64,000 bases of DNA, from assembly GCF_006345805.1 (NCBI RefSeq), contig NC_043012.1:9610001-9674000 (forward strand), read 5' to 3'. The translations under genes and the position numbers were made by a program. Under the pieces are notes generated by a model. It saw nothing but the letters and a program-made list of their open reading frames with translations, was not told the DNA's origin and ran no database searches. Numbering within the stretch: the stretch's first letter is position 1; each line of letters opens with the position of its first letter. Source of the stretch: Octopus sinensis. Taxonomy: Eukaryota. Shown here one piece after another: positions 12,875 to 25,926 of the stretch.

Positions 12875-13786
12875 CTTTCTCCTTATCATTTCTTTCTGAA
12901 GGAGAATGAATATGTCTGTTGCCTTTCCTCCTACGGGCTTCCAAAATTTACTGAGTTTCCAAGATAATGCATGCCTGAGTAAACTTAATGCTGTTTAGCT
13001 CTAGGGTAAAAAAAGCACGTGGATTATGGAGAGCTGATATTTTTTATAAGAGGACGTCAAGGTCAACGTAAAGTGTTTTTATAAAGCATTGGGGTTAATC
13101 AAGAGTCAATATAACCTGTAGGGTGATTGAGGGTTCTGTGTTTCTGGTAGAGGAAGAGAAACATTTTAGGAACTATATGTGTGTATATGTATACGTGTTG
13201 TGCACTAGATATGTGTAGATATGTATGAGTGTATGCGTGTAAACGTGACTGTGTATACATATATGTGCATGTTTTGCATATGTGTGGGTCTGTGTTTGGC
13301 ATGTGGATGTCGGTATACGAGAATGTGATTTCATAGCGTGTTGAAAGTGCGTGCAATATGTATGTATTAAGCGTGTAGTCGCCTGCATAGTGCTATGTAA
13401 GTTGTGTGCGTAAGGTATAAGTTTGTCTTTGAAGCTGTATGTATGGAAATAATTCCTGGATGCATGCTTAATTCTTTCAGGTGTGTGATGTGCGCGTGTG
13501 AGAGTCGTACTAGTTAATTTTTGAAGCGCGTAGGTGGATTTGTATGTGACTATGTATAAGGTGCATTGCGTGTGACAGTAACGCAGTAAAAATGTGCACA
13601 TTGTGTGAATGTCTTATACGTGTAGATATGAATATATCTAGGTGCATTAGCATTGGTGGTTGCATTTTTATGCGTGGTCTTTGTGCTTGTATTGTCTGTG
13701 TATGCACTAAGAATGGTTGTTTGAGAATTGTTTGTTAAAGCTGTGTGTAGAGAGCAAGAAATTATATACTGTGTGTGTACTAGAGT

Positions 13787-14082
13787 GAAGGCGCAATGGC
13801 CCACTGGTTAGTGCAGCGGACGCGCGGTCGGAGGATCGCGGTTTCGATTCCAAGACCGGACGTTGTGTGTGTTTATTGAGCGAAAACACCTAAAAGCTCC
13901 ACGAGGTTCCGGCAGGGGTTGTGGTGGCGACCCCTGTTGTACTCAACTTTCTCTCGCTCTCTCTTCATGTTTTTTAAGTAACGCTGCGATGGACTGGCGT
14001 CCCGTCCAGCTGGTGGGGAACACATAAGCTACAGAAACCGGGAAACCAGGCCCATGAGTCTAGCTAGGCTTGAGAAGGGCGA
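13787..14082 (+). mobile_element. tRNA(Arg)-like SINE, family C (octopus OR-type), tail variant 1
   Basis: GGCGCAATGGCCCACTGGTTAG...GGTTTCGATTCC head, GAGCGAAAACACCTAAAGCTCCACG body, GGCGTCCCGTCCAG...GAAACCGGGAAAC tail; same as 27344-27640. Confidence 0.85.
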
Positions 14083-14408
14083 CGTTTATCGTTATGTGTA
14101 CTAGATAGAGTGGATGTGTAGGATACATAAATTCAGGCTGGGAATTCATATCACTGAGGTGAATGTTTGGAGAAAGAAAACTACGACCTACAGACGTGAT
14201 TGTTAAAGAGGATGCGAGCGAGATTTAAAAATGGTAAGGTGTAATTCAAGAAAACCGGAACAAAATCAAACAGGTAAAAATGTAAAGATAAAATTTGTCC
14301 GTTGTAGTTTATCCATTTGGGATTGGGATCAAGAAAGGTGACCGCAAAATGGGAGATATTTGCTTGCAAGATGGGGATGTGTAGAAATGCAGGGGACAGA
14401 GATCGGAA

Positions 14409-14459
<51 letters not shown>

Positions 14460-14879
14460 TTAATGTTGGCAGACGCAGTTCAAAACCAAAAAGGAAATAA
14501 TTCACCTTCACTAAATAATGACCAAAGGTGTAGGGAGCACCAGCATTGCTAGGAATAATAAGAGTCAAAGATTCTTTAGTCGCAAAAGCACATGTTCAAT
14601 ATACTCATCAGTAGTGCTTACTGTATTGCAGGTAGTGAAGCTGAAATTTCACTTAGTAGTATTTATAAAATTTATCATGGGAATCAGTGGTTAATTCGAC
14701 AAAACAGTAATGTGAAAATCATAAAATAATTGAAGTGGCTAGACGCAATTCATTATATAAAATCACACACATATATATCATGTAGGACAGTTTGTCGCTA
14801 CACATTTCCCCTCTCTCTCTCTCTCACCCTCTGTCTCCACTCCCTCTCTCTCTCCCTATATTTTTCTTTCGTTCTCCCT

Positions 14880-15020
14880 CTATTTTCTCCTTTTGAATCG
14901 TTTCTGTTAAAGTGCTTAAGCTCCAAACGTCAGCACTTTTCTATCCTTCCCGAGCGTTAAATTAATACACCTGCTTGTTACTCCCTGTCTTCGCCTTTTG
15001 TTCTTTGTAATTTTGAACAA
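14880..15020 (+). mobile_element. short element with a degenerate minimal hammerhead motif
   Basis: CTGTTAAAGTGCTTAAGCTCCAAACGTC plus TTCCCGAGCGTTAAATTAATAC...CTGTCTTCGCCTTTTGTT, homologous to 34700-34870; ends in a TA run. Confidence 0.5.
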
Positions 15021-15047
15021 TATATATATATATATATATATACATAC

Positions 15048-15102
<55 letters not shown>

Positions 15103-15109
15103 TAAAGTT

Positions 15110-15300
15110 AATCCGAACATGAAAACACAACAAAGCGAGGACGTGGAACAAGTATAGTGTTATTGGATGCTCAGGAAAAGAAATAAAGAAGGAGGATTTA
15201 ACGTTTCGAGCGGAGCTCTTCGTCAGAAACATAGGAAAAGGAAAGATCCAAGGAGGGGAAGATGGAGGGAAAATAGCCAACGATTCACACGCGTCACATA
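15110..15300 (-). mobile_element. short element carrying a minimal hammerhead ribozyme motif (15196-15232)
   Basis: Reverse strand GTTT-CTGACGA-A-GAGC(TCC)GCTC-GAAA-CGTT-AAAT: core, 4-bp stem II, palindromic AACGTT stem III, short stem I. Confidence 0.6.
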
Positions 15301-15336
15301 TACACACACACATATATATATATATATTAGTTATAC

Positions 15337-15375
<39 letters not shown>

Positions 15376-16262
15376 TATATACATACTCAAATACGCAAAA
15401 CATGATATATCTTACTAACCTTTATATATATATAAAGAACTGATCAACAAATTTGCATTGAATGGAATCGGAACGATGTGGTATTGATGACTCTCTTAAG
15501 TCCATTAACAAACAATACAATTCTTATGAATCCGGCACAATCCAGTAAATACAACGGAATGCCAATAGAATCCCTTAACTTTTTAAAGACATCAGCCAAT
15601 TCAATACCATTCTCTTATCTAGTAGTAATGATTTGAGCCTCTTTTATGCAATGAAAGGCGGTGAAAAATTGAAAGAAACTGATACGAGGAACAATTGTTG
15701 TACATGAATACGAAATAATTCGACAAAATCGGGTAGTTTCTTACAAGTTTTGAAATATAGATCAGAGGAAATTGTTCATCAATGGGGATAGTTAGCATTT
15801 CTAGACTACATTATAAATACTTAGGCTTCCATACAAAAAAAAATGCAATTATCATGAATTATACCCTCACCGGCATTTTATATTTCAGATGAATGACTAT
15901 TTTCTTTTTAATTTTCTCTCTACTCTCTTCTCTCTAATTCGTATTCTCACGCTCACTCACTTACTCACTAACTCACACACTCACACGCACACGCACACGC
16001 ACACGCACACACGTAAAACTATATATTTCTCTGTTTGTCTGTCAGCCGTTCTTTCTGTCTCCCTTCATTCCCCCTTTCTCTCCCTCTCATTCTCTTTCTC
16101 TCTATATATATCCGCCACATTTCCTCTCTCACTCTCACATTTTCCCTCCTTTTTTCACGTCCTCCTGTTTCACTTGCTCATACCATTACCTACTGCACCA
16201 CCTCCCCTTCCTCTTCTTCATATTCCCCATATGTCAAACATGGGCAAGATATCTGGAGGAAG

Positions 16263-16925
16263 TTTGAATTCGTCTATGCCTGCAGGTAATACTTTGTTCA
16301 TGCCACCGATGTTTCTCGAAATGAAACTCCACTGTATTGGACCCTGTGCAGCTTGGCGTGTTCTTGCCAGAACACCAAAACGCTGGAGGAGATAGTGTAA
16401 GGACCCATATATGAACCTTTAACATTTCTCCCAATAACCCACCAAGAGTGGTTACATTTGTGTGGCATGGTGCAAAGTCTTGGTGCCAGACGTAGAGAGG
16501 TACTTGCAGTAGCTACCCTCTTGAACAAGGACAGCACTACCTCCTTCAGGCACTTGATGAAAGCCTCCGTGTTGAGTTTGAGGCCATGTGGGAAGATGAA
16601 TGGAGGCATAACGTCGCCACCACTAGTGATCACTCCAAACACCATTTTTTTGACTGGATGTTTGACTCTAATCAATCACGATATATGTTTTAGGGACACG
16701 GCAAGCCAATGGTCGTTCTGCTTGTTCACAATCTGTTCGTATTGAAGCTTCATGTGCGAATGTCAAGCAGGATAGCATCTCGTTTTCGAATTTCTGCGTC
16801 ATGGTGATGTGTTTCTCACAGACGGTGCCAAACTCACCCTAGTATATTGTGTAGTCGACAAAATCAAATACAAACAATACGCGTGAGCGAAATTAATGAA
16901 AATACGATGGTGACAATTAAACTAT
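16263..16925 (-). mobile_element. Tc1/mariner (maT-like) transposon, internally deleted
   Basis: VKHPVKKMVFGVITSGGDVMPPFIFPHGLKLNTEAFIKCL and YVWHQDFAPCHT; homologous to 51391-52624. Confidence 0.9.
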
Positions 16926-17045
16926 ACACACATATATACACACACACGTATATATATATATATACATACATACACAACTGGCATTCATAAATACATACAT
17001 ATCCACATATATAATATGCTGATATAGAATAAATAAAATTCCATG

Positions 17046-17084
<39 letters not shown>

Positions 17085-17107
17085 ATCTCTCTCTCTCTCT
17101 CTCTCTG

Positions 17108-17161
<54 letters not shown>

Positions 17162-17921
17162 ATTTACATATACGGATATGTAAACATATGTCGTCGCATA
17201 TATAAATAGATACATTGTAGAAAAAACAAACACCTATATTTCTCCGTATGTTACGCTCCTATGCATCTATGGCTATAAACGTATATACATAATACATACA
17301 TACATATATAGATACATACATACATATATATGATGAAACATACATACACATCCATGTCCGTAACCATGTATACCTAGATAAATACATAAATACGCACACA
17401 CCCATCCACACACACACACAGCATCTTTTCGCACCATACCAGTGACAGGTACTGCGCAAAATCGCATAAAGTCACGATTCGCTCAATGCCAGAATTTCCA
17501 AACGGGGATTATCTCTAAAATCCATTTAACTAAGTTATTCCCTTTGCAAATATCTGTGTAATGTATGTAATGGAAATCTTCCCAACCAACTCTCTTTCGT
17601 ATTGATCAACTAACATGTGTTTATGATCGTGAGGGTTTCCTGGTCTCCGACAAGAAAATGTTTGTTGTCTGCATTGATAGAGGCTATTTATTTCAAACAT
17701 GAATGCAGATAAAGCCAACTGATTAATTTTTCTTAATTGAAGATATTGACCAATTTATTATAAGTCTTTTTGATTTTAGCGATTGGATATATCGTTTCCT
17801 CTGGGGACAATCCCATCTACTTTTCATTCCTCGATATTAGGCATTTAGCCTACCTTAGACGAATAAACTAATTACAAGAAGAGCGACAACACTAAAAATA
17901 ATAATTCTTCCTTCTAATAGG

Positions 17922-18038
17922 CACAAGGCCTGAAATTTGGGGGAAGGGGACAGTCGATATCATCGATCCCGGTACTCAACTGGTACTTGTTTTATCGACC
18001 TTGAAAAGATGGAAGGCAAAGTCGGCCTCGGCGGAATT
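17922..18038 (-). mobile_element. SINE family B, 5'-truncated
   Basis: Reverse complement of CCGCCGAGG..CTTTGCCTTCCATC...AAGTACCAGTTGAG. Confidence 0.8.
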
Positions 18039-18039
18039 A

Positions 18040-18124
18040 CAATAATAATAATAATTATAATTATAATAATAATAATAATAATAATATAATAATAATGATA
18101 ATAATAATAATAATAATAATAATG

Positions 18125-18163
<39 letters not shown>

Positions 18164-18304
18164 TGATAATGATAATAATAATAATAATGATAATAATAAT
18201 AATAAAATAATAATAATAATGATAATATTGATAATAATATGATAATAATGATAATAATGATAATAATAATAATGATAATAATGATAATAATAATAATAAT
18301 AATG

Positions 18305-18361
<57 letters not shown>

Positions 18362-18365
18362 GTAA
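18040..18365. repeat. (AAT)n/(GATAAT)n microsatellite
   Basis: Direct reading. Confidence 0.95.
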
Positions 18366-18371
18366 TAATCT

Positions 18372-18570
18372 TTTACTCCTTTATTTATTTCACTCATTTG
18401 ACTGTAGCCATGCTGGAGCACTGCATTTAGTCGAGCAAATCGACCCCAGGACTTATTCTTTGTAAGCCTAGTACTTATTCTATCGGCTTCTTTTGCCGAA
18501 CTGCTAAGTTACGGGGACGTAAACACACCAGCATCGGTTTTCAAGTGATGTTGGGGGGACAAGACAGACA
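18372..18570 (-). mobile_element. SINE family A, 3' half
   Basis: CAGTC-like tail, GAGCAAATCGACCCCAGGACTTATTCTTTGTAAGCCTAGTAC, AAACACACCAGCATCGG. Confidence 0.85.
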
Positions 18571-18587
18571 TTATTATTGTTATTTGA

Positions 18588-19190
18588 AGGCGGCGAGCTG
18601 GTAGAATTGTTAGCACGCTGGACGAAATTCTGAGCAGTAACACGCCGTTTCTACGTTCTGAGTTCAAATTCCGCCGAGGTCGACTTTGCCCGTCATCCTT
18701 TCGGAGTTGATAAATTATGTACCGGTGAAACCATGGGTCGACATAAGCGACCAGTCCCCTCAACCAAAAATTCAGGCCTCGTGCCAATAGTAGAATGGAT
18801 TAATATTATTTGAAGGCGGTGAGCTGGGCGAAATGCTTAGCGGTATTTCGTCTGTCTTTATGTTCTGAGTACAAATTCCGCCGAGGTCGACTTTGCCTTT
18901 CATCCTTTCGGGGTCGATTAAATAAGTACCAGCTACGCACTGGGGTCGATGTAATCGACTTAATCCATTTGCCTGTCCTTGTTTATCCTCCCTGTGTTTC
19001 GCCCCTTGTGGGTAGTAAAGAAATAGGTATTTCGCCCATCGCTACGTTCTGAGTTCAAATTCCGCCGAGGTCGATTTTGCCTGTCATCCTTTCGGGGTCG
19101 ATAAAATAAGTACCAGTTGAACACCGGGTCAATGTAATCGACTCATCCCCATCTCCCCCAAGCTGCCCTTGTGGCAAAACTTTGAAATAA
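18588..19190 (+). mobile_element. SINE family B cluster (monomer followed by dimer)
   Basis: Three successive GAG.ACAAATTCCGCCGAGGTCGA units separated by short ATT spacers. Confidence 0.9.
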
Positions 19191-19429
19191 TTATTATTAC
19201 GCAAAGGGGTTGCGATACGATAAATATCAAAATACAAAGTTTGTGTTTATTGAACAGAACAATATCCCAGCAGCATCCTCCCGGGTTTAGAATGAAAAAT
19301 GAAAGATTCGCAGAAAGAGGGAATATCCTGCGTTGCCCCTCTAGACATAACAACATCATAACATTTCGCAACTTCATAACCTATAACAAGGAATTAGGTA
19401 AAGAAAAAGAAGAAAAACGAAAGCAGGGA

Positions 19430-20420
19430 AGGCAAAACGTTTTGTGTGAACATGATGTAATTTTCTTCATTCCCCAAGACGTGCTTTAGGTACTGAAAGT
19501 GCGGGGGTGTCTGAATATTTTTTGAGAAAGTGTACTTTCAGCTGTTCCTCAAACTTGTGCTGTTTGATGTAAAATTTTCCGCAGTTTGTGTTTGATGTCG
19601 TATTTATTCCATTTGAATATTTAAAAACTTTTTTGTTATGCAACCAACATAAATCAAATTGTGTTTGGTGCATTCCACAGCGTACTCCAAATGAAAATCT
19701 GTATTGGTCTTACCTTCTGAATAAATCATCACATTTCTGTTATAATTTGTGATTGAGTCGACCTGACACCTGCTGTTGCACAATGAATAGGGCTTACCTC
19801 TCTTCCGACTGGTTTCAGGGTTATAGGATTCGGAAAACTCAATTAATATTAGATGTACTGCGTAGTAGTTCCGCATTTTTGTTGCGTTAAAAGCTAAAAT
19901 AAGCGGATAAGGAAATATGTGTTTGAAATCTGGGTAGTCTTCTGAAATACGGTGATAACTTTCATGCAACACTTTTGAAATGACAAGGAAATTTCGGTGC
20001 CAGTAAATCACAAAAGGAATTTGGCCATAAATTTTACTAAGAGTACTAGAATTAAATTTGAAAGATTGACGTTCCCTGCTAATTTTGACTATGTCATTTG
20101 ATATCATGGTACACAAAATGTTTTGCATGTTTCTAATAATCCCCTATGTTTGTTCAAATCTATTTTATGCTCAGTAACAGAGACTTTGGATTTAACTTAA
20201 TTGTATGGTGTGAATGATCGGAACCACATGGAAGATAAATGAGGGATGATGTGCGGTTGCAAACTACCCCTGTCATTATGCGGCCTTCAGAAAACGAAAG
20301 TTAAGGTAAATATATTCGTGAATTTCAAGCGTTACGTGCGTAAAAATGAAGAAAATTACGAGAAAATTCTACCAGACTAAATAAAACATTTTGACTACTT
20401 GATCTCTTTCAATTTTTCTT
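19430..20420 (-). mobile_element. Penelope-like retroelement remnant (thumb, linker, GIY-YIG)
   Basis: HPHHTIKSNPKSLLL, IPFVIYWHRN...FKHIFPYPLILAF, and EYAVECTKHNLIYVGC; disrupted frames. Confidence 0.85.
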
Positions 20421-20439
20421 CCTCCACAAGCGGTTTCTA

Positions 20440-21794
20440 CAAAAAAGATAGTGAGAGCAACAGAGGAAGAAATTGAAGAGTGCCTGGGCGAAATTGTTAA
20501 AAGGCAACATATATTGGCAGAGGAAGAAGATTTGGTACGGTGGAGGTGAGGTTTGCCACAATGGAAGAGGCAGCCTCACATTCCATCACAATCCTGAAAA
20601 CAGAGAAAATAGCGTGAACACCCTCTTACAGGGAGCGACGCAGTGTCAGAATAAGCATATCAAGAATGGCACCAGAATCAAGGCAGAGTGGTTGGTTGCA
20701 GCTGTTCTGGTTTCAACCGACGACCACCCTACGCTGGGATTTATAGGAAAGACAGATAAGTTAAACTGGTGGGGGTTCGGTGTCGAAATGTGGCTGGTTG
20801 CCACATTTGAAGACATAGAAAGGATCCCCTACCAGATTGAAATTGAGGAAGAGAATACATTGAATCTGGGGTGTAGAGGGACGTAAGCCAAATTGTTACA
20901 TATGCGGAGTGAGAGGTCATATAAGGATCGAGAGCCCTTTATACGAATTCTCATATAACAAAAAGGAAGAAGAGCAAAGAAAAGAACAGATGGAATCCCA
21001 AAGGAGAAACTACAAACAGAGGAAAATGAAATAGAAGAAAAAATGGAGGAAGAGGAAGATTGTACCCAGAAAGACAAAAAGAAGAAAAATGAGGAGGAGA
21101 GGAACGGTGTGGTACCCCCCCCCAAAAAAACGAAAAAATCGAAAGTAAAAGAACAGTCGGTAGAACGAAGAAAAGGTAAAGAAGGACGTGAGACTGAGAA
21201 TGTACAAAAGAGCGAAAAAAGAAAACCAAAGTTTGATCGAGTTAAATTTCAGGGTGTCTTCGTTTTATACAAAGCAGATGTGCAAGCGGAAAGAATAGTT
21301 GAGAAAATGGAGAAACTGGTGAAAGTGAAGTTGTCGGTAGACAATTTTGATGTAGACGATAGGAGAATTTTGATGTCTTGTGGAAAGTATTATAAATTTG
21401 AAAAATAAATTGCTGAAATTGCAAATTTTGTGACAAGTTTTTTATTGCCTGAGATTCCACTCTAGGAAATCGAATATAAATAGTTGAAAAAACTAGATTT
21501 AAAGGATGAAATTGTGTGTACAATGTGAAGAAAAAAACAGACAATAGAAATCTGCCTTCATTATATGACAAAGAAAGGAAAGACTGTCGAAATGTAACCA
21601 CTCGATTTCGGGGATCGAGTGGGCATTGCGCCTCATGTTATACTCTTTTCATATTACCATTCGTTTCGTTTAATTTTATTCTATTCTTATTTCATCTTCT
21701 TTCGTATTTTAAGTTCCCCAAGTTTGTCTTTGTATATGTTTGTCTTGTAATTGGATTATTCTGTATTAGCCCCTTGTGGGTAATAAAAGAAATA
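20440..21794 (+). mobile_element. decayed ORF1/gag-like zinc-knuckle element with no RT (HAL1/Tx1-like)
   Basis: Broken frames include RFATMEEAA, KAEWLVAAVL, GRKPNCYICGVRGHIRIES (CCHC knuckle with last Cys lost) and a Lys/Glu-rich segment, followed by a UTR ending TAGCCCCTTGTGGGTAATAAAAGAAATA. Confidence 0.65.
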
Positions 21795-21963
21795 GATCCC
21801 TTTCAATTTTTCTTCTTTTTACTTCTTCCTTTGTTTTTCATTTTTCCGTTGCTAGTTCGAATTTATGTATTCCTGTTTATTTTCCATTTTGTATTTCGAA
21901 CCTTGCTTTTATTGCGTATTTAGCTTCTTTAAGTTTTACGGCAATGTTCACTTATCGTTGTTG

Positions 21964-22003
<40 letters not shown>

Positions 22004-22019
22004 CATCATCATCATCATA

Positions 22020-22432
22020 GAGTGATAGAGTAGCGCCTGCCATCAAAGTCACAGTGCAATACAAGTATACGATGTCCATTATACCTCTCATGACTACCCG
22101 CGTGATAAGGGTACACGGATACATGAATCACAACCATATGCTCACGATATAGTAATCTCATATCAAGGTAAATAGTAGGTTTCAGTTAGAATTTTCTTCG
22201 GGTTAAGTAGTCCATCCCACTCAAATGGTCCCTAAATAATGATTGTTTGAAAATGTTCAACAAAACACCCATATTCCAGAGGTGAATTATTCAAACGCCA
22301 AAAAACTTTCAACACATGTTTAAGATACTCTCCCACTACTTCTGATCGTGATCAGAGATGCACATATCGTCAGCCACTAATGGACATGTTCAACTGATTA
22401 AGGTCAAACAATAGAGAAGTAAACCTGTGGTA
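22020..22432. repeat. unclassified interspersed repeat between ATT tracts
   Basis: Complex 400-bp unit (GATCAGAGATGCACATATCGTCAGCCAC...) that I recall as abundant in octopus DNA; single copy here. Confidence 0.4.
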
Positions 22433-22450
22433 TTATTATTATTATTATTA

Positions 22451-22499
<49 letters not shown>

Positions 22500-22829
22500 T
22501 TATTATTATTATTATTACTTATGTGTGGAGCCGTTGACCGCGTGTTCGGAGGTCAGTTAAATTTTCTTCAAATTTGTTGTTTTTCTGTTTGTTTTGCATA
22601 TTTCGTTGGACATTAATTTTGATAACCTGACTCGCCACAAGCAGAGACAACTGGGATAGAAAAATATTCGCCCTCTAAGGGCGAATTTTGACTTCTAATA
22701 ACGCAAAATTCCATATATTTTGCAAGGAAAAATTGCAATATGGCTTTTGGAATCGAAGGTACCGACGTTTCTTGTAACAGTCCCTGTGAGATTTCATTCC
22801 CTCCGCTATCTAATGTGGTTGAGATCGAG

Positions 22830-23337
22830 AGATTAACCATCTTAAGATTAACCATCTTAACTTTCCTAAGTGTCATTGTTATGGGTATTAGTGCAATTCC
22901 AAATAGTAACGGAGAAAACGAGTCACCTTGGAAGATGTCCCTTTTAATATTAACTTCTCCAAGGGATACACTACTTTGGTACAATTTGGTTTTCCACTCT
23001 TTCATGCTATGAATCAGGAAATTTGTGATATTGTCAGCAACACCAAACATCTGCCGGCATTCGACAATCCAAGAATGAAGCATCATATCATATGCCTTCT
23101 TAAAGTCAATCCAAGCCCAAAACATGCTTGAATGGTGTCTTTTACAATGCCTCAAAACTGATTTATCTATGACCAGGTGATCCTTGGTACCCTGAGAACT
23201 CTTCCTGCATCCTTTTTGTTCCCTTGGTAGTATTTTTTCAAGTGCCAGGAAAGTGTGTCTTAGCCCCACATATTCCAGTGAGTATCTTCCAGATTGTGTT
23301 TGGGCATGCTATGGGACGGTAGTTTCCACAGTATTCC
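22830..23337 (-). mobile_element. R4/Dong-clade non-LTR retrotransposon RT fragment
   Basis: [60 protein letters not shown]. Confidence 0.92.
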
Positions 23338-23470
23338 CCTTCTTCTTCTTCTTCTTCTTCTTCTTCTTCTTCTTCTTCTTCTTCTTCTTCTTCTTCTTCT
23401 TCTTCTTCTTCTTCTTCTTCTTCTTCTTCTTCTTCTTCTCCTCTTCTTCTTCTTCTCATTATTATTATTA

Positions 23471-23527
<57 letters not shown>

Positions 23528-23528
23528 T
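23338..23528. repeat. (TTC)n followed by (TTA)n
   Basis: Direct reading. Confidence 0.95.
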
Positions 23529-24382
23529 GATTCTGGTTGTGTGAAAAGTTATTTTTTGTTCTCTTTTCAAAAATGATCTATTCAAGTATTAGCAAATAGA
23601 ATTTTCATTGCAGTAGTTTTAGTAATATCTATAATTGCCTGAGGAAATCCTTCTCTCGGTTCCTGGAGGCAGTCAACAAAAAAAAACAAAAAAAAAAACA
23701 AACATATTTCTTTCCAAAAATTTCATAATCTTATTTATTTACAGACGTTACATTTGCTCATCCACAATAATGGCTACCACAAATAATTATGCTACAAAAC
23801 CAAGCATAAAAGAAAATAATAACTATCAGAATCCAACTAACTGTACAAATGGAAGAAAGCAATAAATAGGGTGGTGAGCAATTAACAGAAAATGGTTCCA
23901 GATACCCAATTAATTTTGAAGAAGGGCGTCACTATTTGCAACAATAATAGCAGTAGCGCCTCTTACACACGAATCCAAATAATCTGTTGTGTTCATACAG
24001 CACTTGTAGCAACGCAAATCTTCCTCTAATACAAACAAACAATCAAAATATCGGACCAGTCAGAGTTACGATAAATAAAATGACGCCTGGATAATTTTGC
24101 AAAAGTGAATTGTATTTTATTATATTTCATTTACTTAATTATTTATTTTGCCATGGGAGTAAGGGCAAAGGGAAAACGCTTATAACTCCACTGAGGTAAG
24201 AATGTCAAGTGGTACAACTTGCTGTCCGGATCATATCGGGACAATTTCTTTCAGTTGGCAAAAAACAACTAAAACTAAACTATACCACTGTATGTTATTC
24301 CTTCAAAACTGTAAATTTAAAGCTGAAAATGCGGCTAAAACAGGTTGAAATTGTCAGACATAAACTCTGAATAAATATATTC

Positions 24383-24810
24383 TTTTACTTGTTTCAGTCA
24401 TGTAACTGCCGCCATTTTGGAGAACGGACTTAAAGGGTTTTAGTCGAAGACATCGACCCCAGGACTTATTCTTTGCAAGCCTAGTACCTATTCTATCGGC
24501 CTCTTTTGCCAAACCGCTAAGTTATAGGGACCTATACACAGCAGAATCCGTTGTCAAGAGATAGAGGTGGGGGGGACAAACACACAAAAATACACACGCA
24601 CACACACAAACACACACACAGACATATATATATATATACAACAGGCTTCTTTCAGTTTCCGTCTACCAAATCGACTCACAAGGCTTTGGTCGGACCGAGG
24701 CTACAGTAGAAGACACTTGAGCAAGGTGGCTCGCAGTGGGACTGAAGCCATAACCATGTCATTCGGAAGTAAACTCCTAACTACACAGCCACACCTGCAC
24801 CTACATATAT
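24383..24810 (-). mobile_element. SINE family A
   Basis: Tail, internal CA/TA run and head are all present. Confidence 0.88.
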
Positions 24811-24849
24811 ATGTGTGTGTATGTGTGTGTGTGTGCTCCCCAGTACACG

Positions 24850-25490
24850 GGTGACAGACATCAAATACTACACGGCTCCATTGCAAGTAGTCACTTTTGT
24901 ATCATAATACATACCGATCACACTTTGAAGCGCAGTCATGGGAAATGTTGCATGCCCTCAATGAAGATGATCGGAACAGAAGAGTGTAATTTTGTGAGTA
25001 CACTACCAGACAAAAATGGTTTGGATAGACGAGTGAGAACTACTGGGGATCTGCAGGTACTAAGGAATCTTAAAGGTGGCGAGCTAGCAGAAACGTTAGC
25101 ACGTCGGGCGAAATGCTTAGCGGTATTTCGTCTGTCGTTACATTCTGAGTTCAAATTACGCCGAGGTCGACTTTACCTTTCATCCTTTCGGGGTCGATAA
25201 ATTAAGTACCACTTACGCACTGGGGTCGATGTAATCGACTTAATACCTATGTCTTCTGTCCTTGTTTGTCCCCTCTATGTTTAGCCCCTTGTGGGTAATA
25301 AAGAAATAGGTATTAAGGAATCTGGCAGATTGTCGTTAAAATCGGACCATTCTATTTTGAGGGTACTGTGACTGGTCCCAATCATTCCAACTTGCAAGGA
25401 CAATCTGTCATTCCAAGCATTCATGTGGTCTTTGAAGATGTAGAGATTCCTTTCCAGCACGTTGAGGAACCTCCACACCAAATTTAATTC
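24850..25490 (+). mobile_element. Tc1/mariner transposase remnant interrupted by a family B SINE
   Basis: LHALNEDDRNRRV.FCEY before the SINE; [11 protein letters not shown]...VIPSI...FQH..EPPH after it. Confidence 0.7.
25075..25315 (+). mobile_element. SINE family B, long-tail monomer
   Basis: Full head and body, tail TAGCCCCTTGTGGGTAATAAAGAAATAGGTATT. Confidence 0.9.
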
Positions 25491-25682
25491 TAGTACTCTT
25501 AGTAAAATTTCTGGCCAAATTCTTTATGTTGATGAAAAGTTTTTTGCTTAACAGGTAGGTCCTTGTTTGTTCCATCTCGAGCCATGTAAATCCTCACACA
25601 AATTGTTGTCTGTCCTTGTGATGTTCCACTCACTTATGCCCGCCTGGATGATGAAATAAATGCTTATTACTATCATTATTAA

Positions 25683-25890
25683 GGAGGCGAGCTGGCGGAA
25701 TCTTTTGCACGCCGGAAAAAATGACTGTTGGCATTTCGTCCGTCTTTACGTTCTGAGTCCAAATTCTGCCGAGGTTGAGTTTGCCTTGATCCTTTCGGGG
25801 TCGATAAATAATTAGCAGTGGAACACTGGGTCGATGGAATTGATTATTCCCGTTTCCCTAATTTTAGGCCTTGTGCCTTTATTACAAAGG

Positions 25891-25926
<36 letters not shown>

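Noticed and set aside
14110-14415. Possible endonuclease relic (RPTDVIVKED) ending at (AAT)n
   Set aside because: Too decayed to assign.
14600-14660. CTGATGAG on the minus strand
   Set aside because: No stem II or GAAA partner.
17530-17718. Possible next exon of the 46079 gene
   Set aside because: The phase-0 frame after the candidate AG stops within 10 codons.
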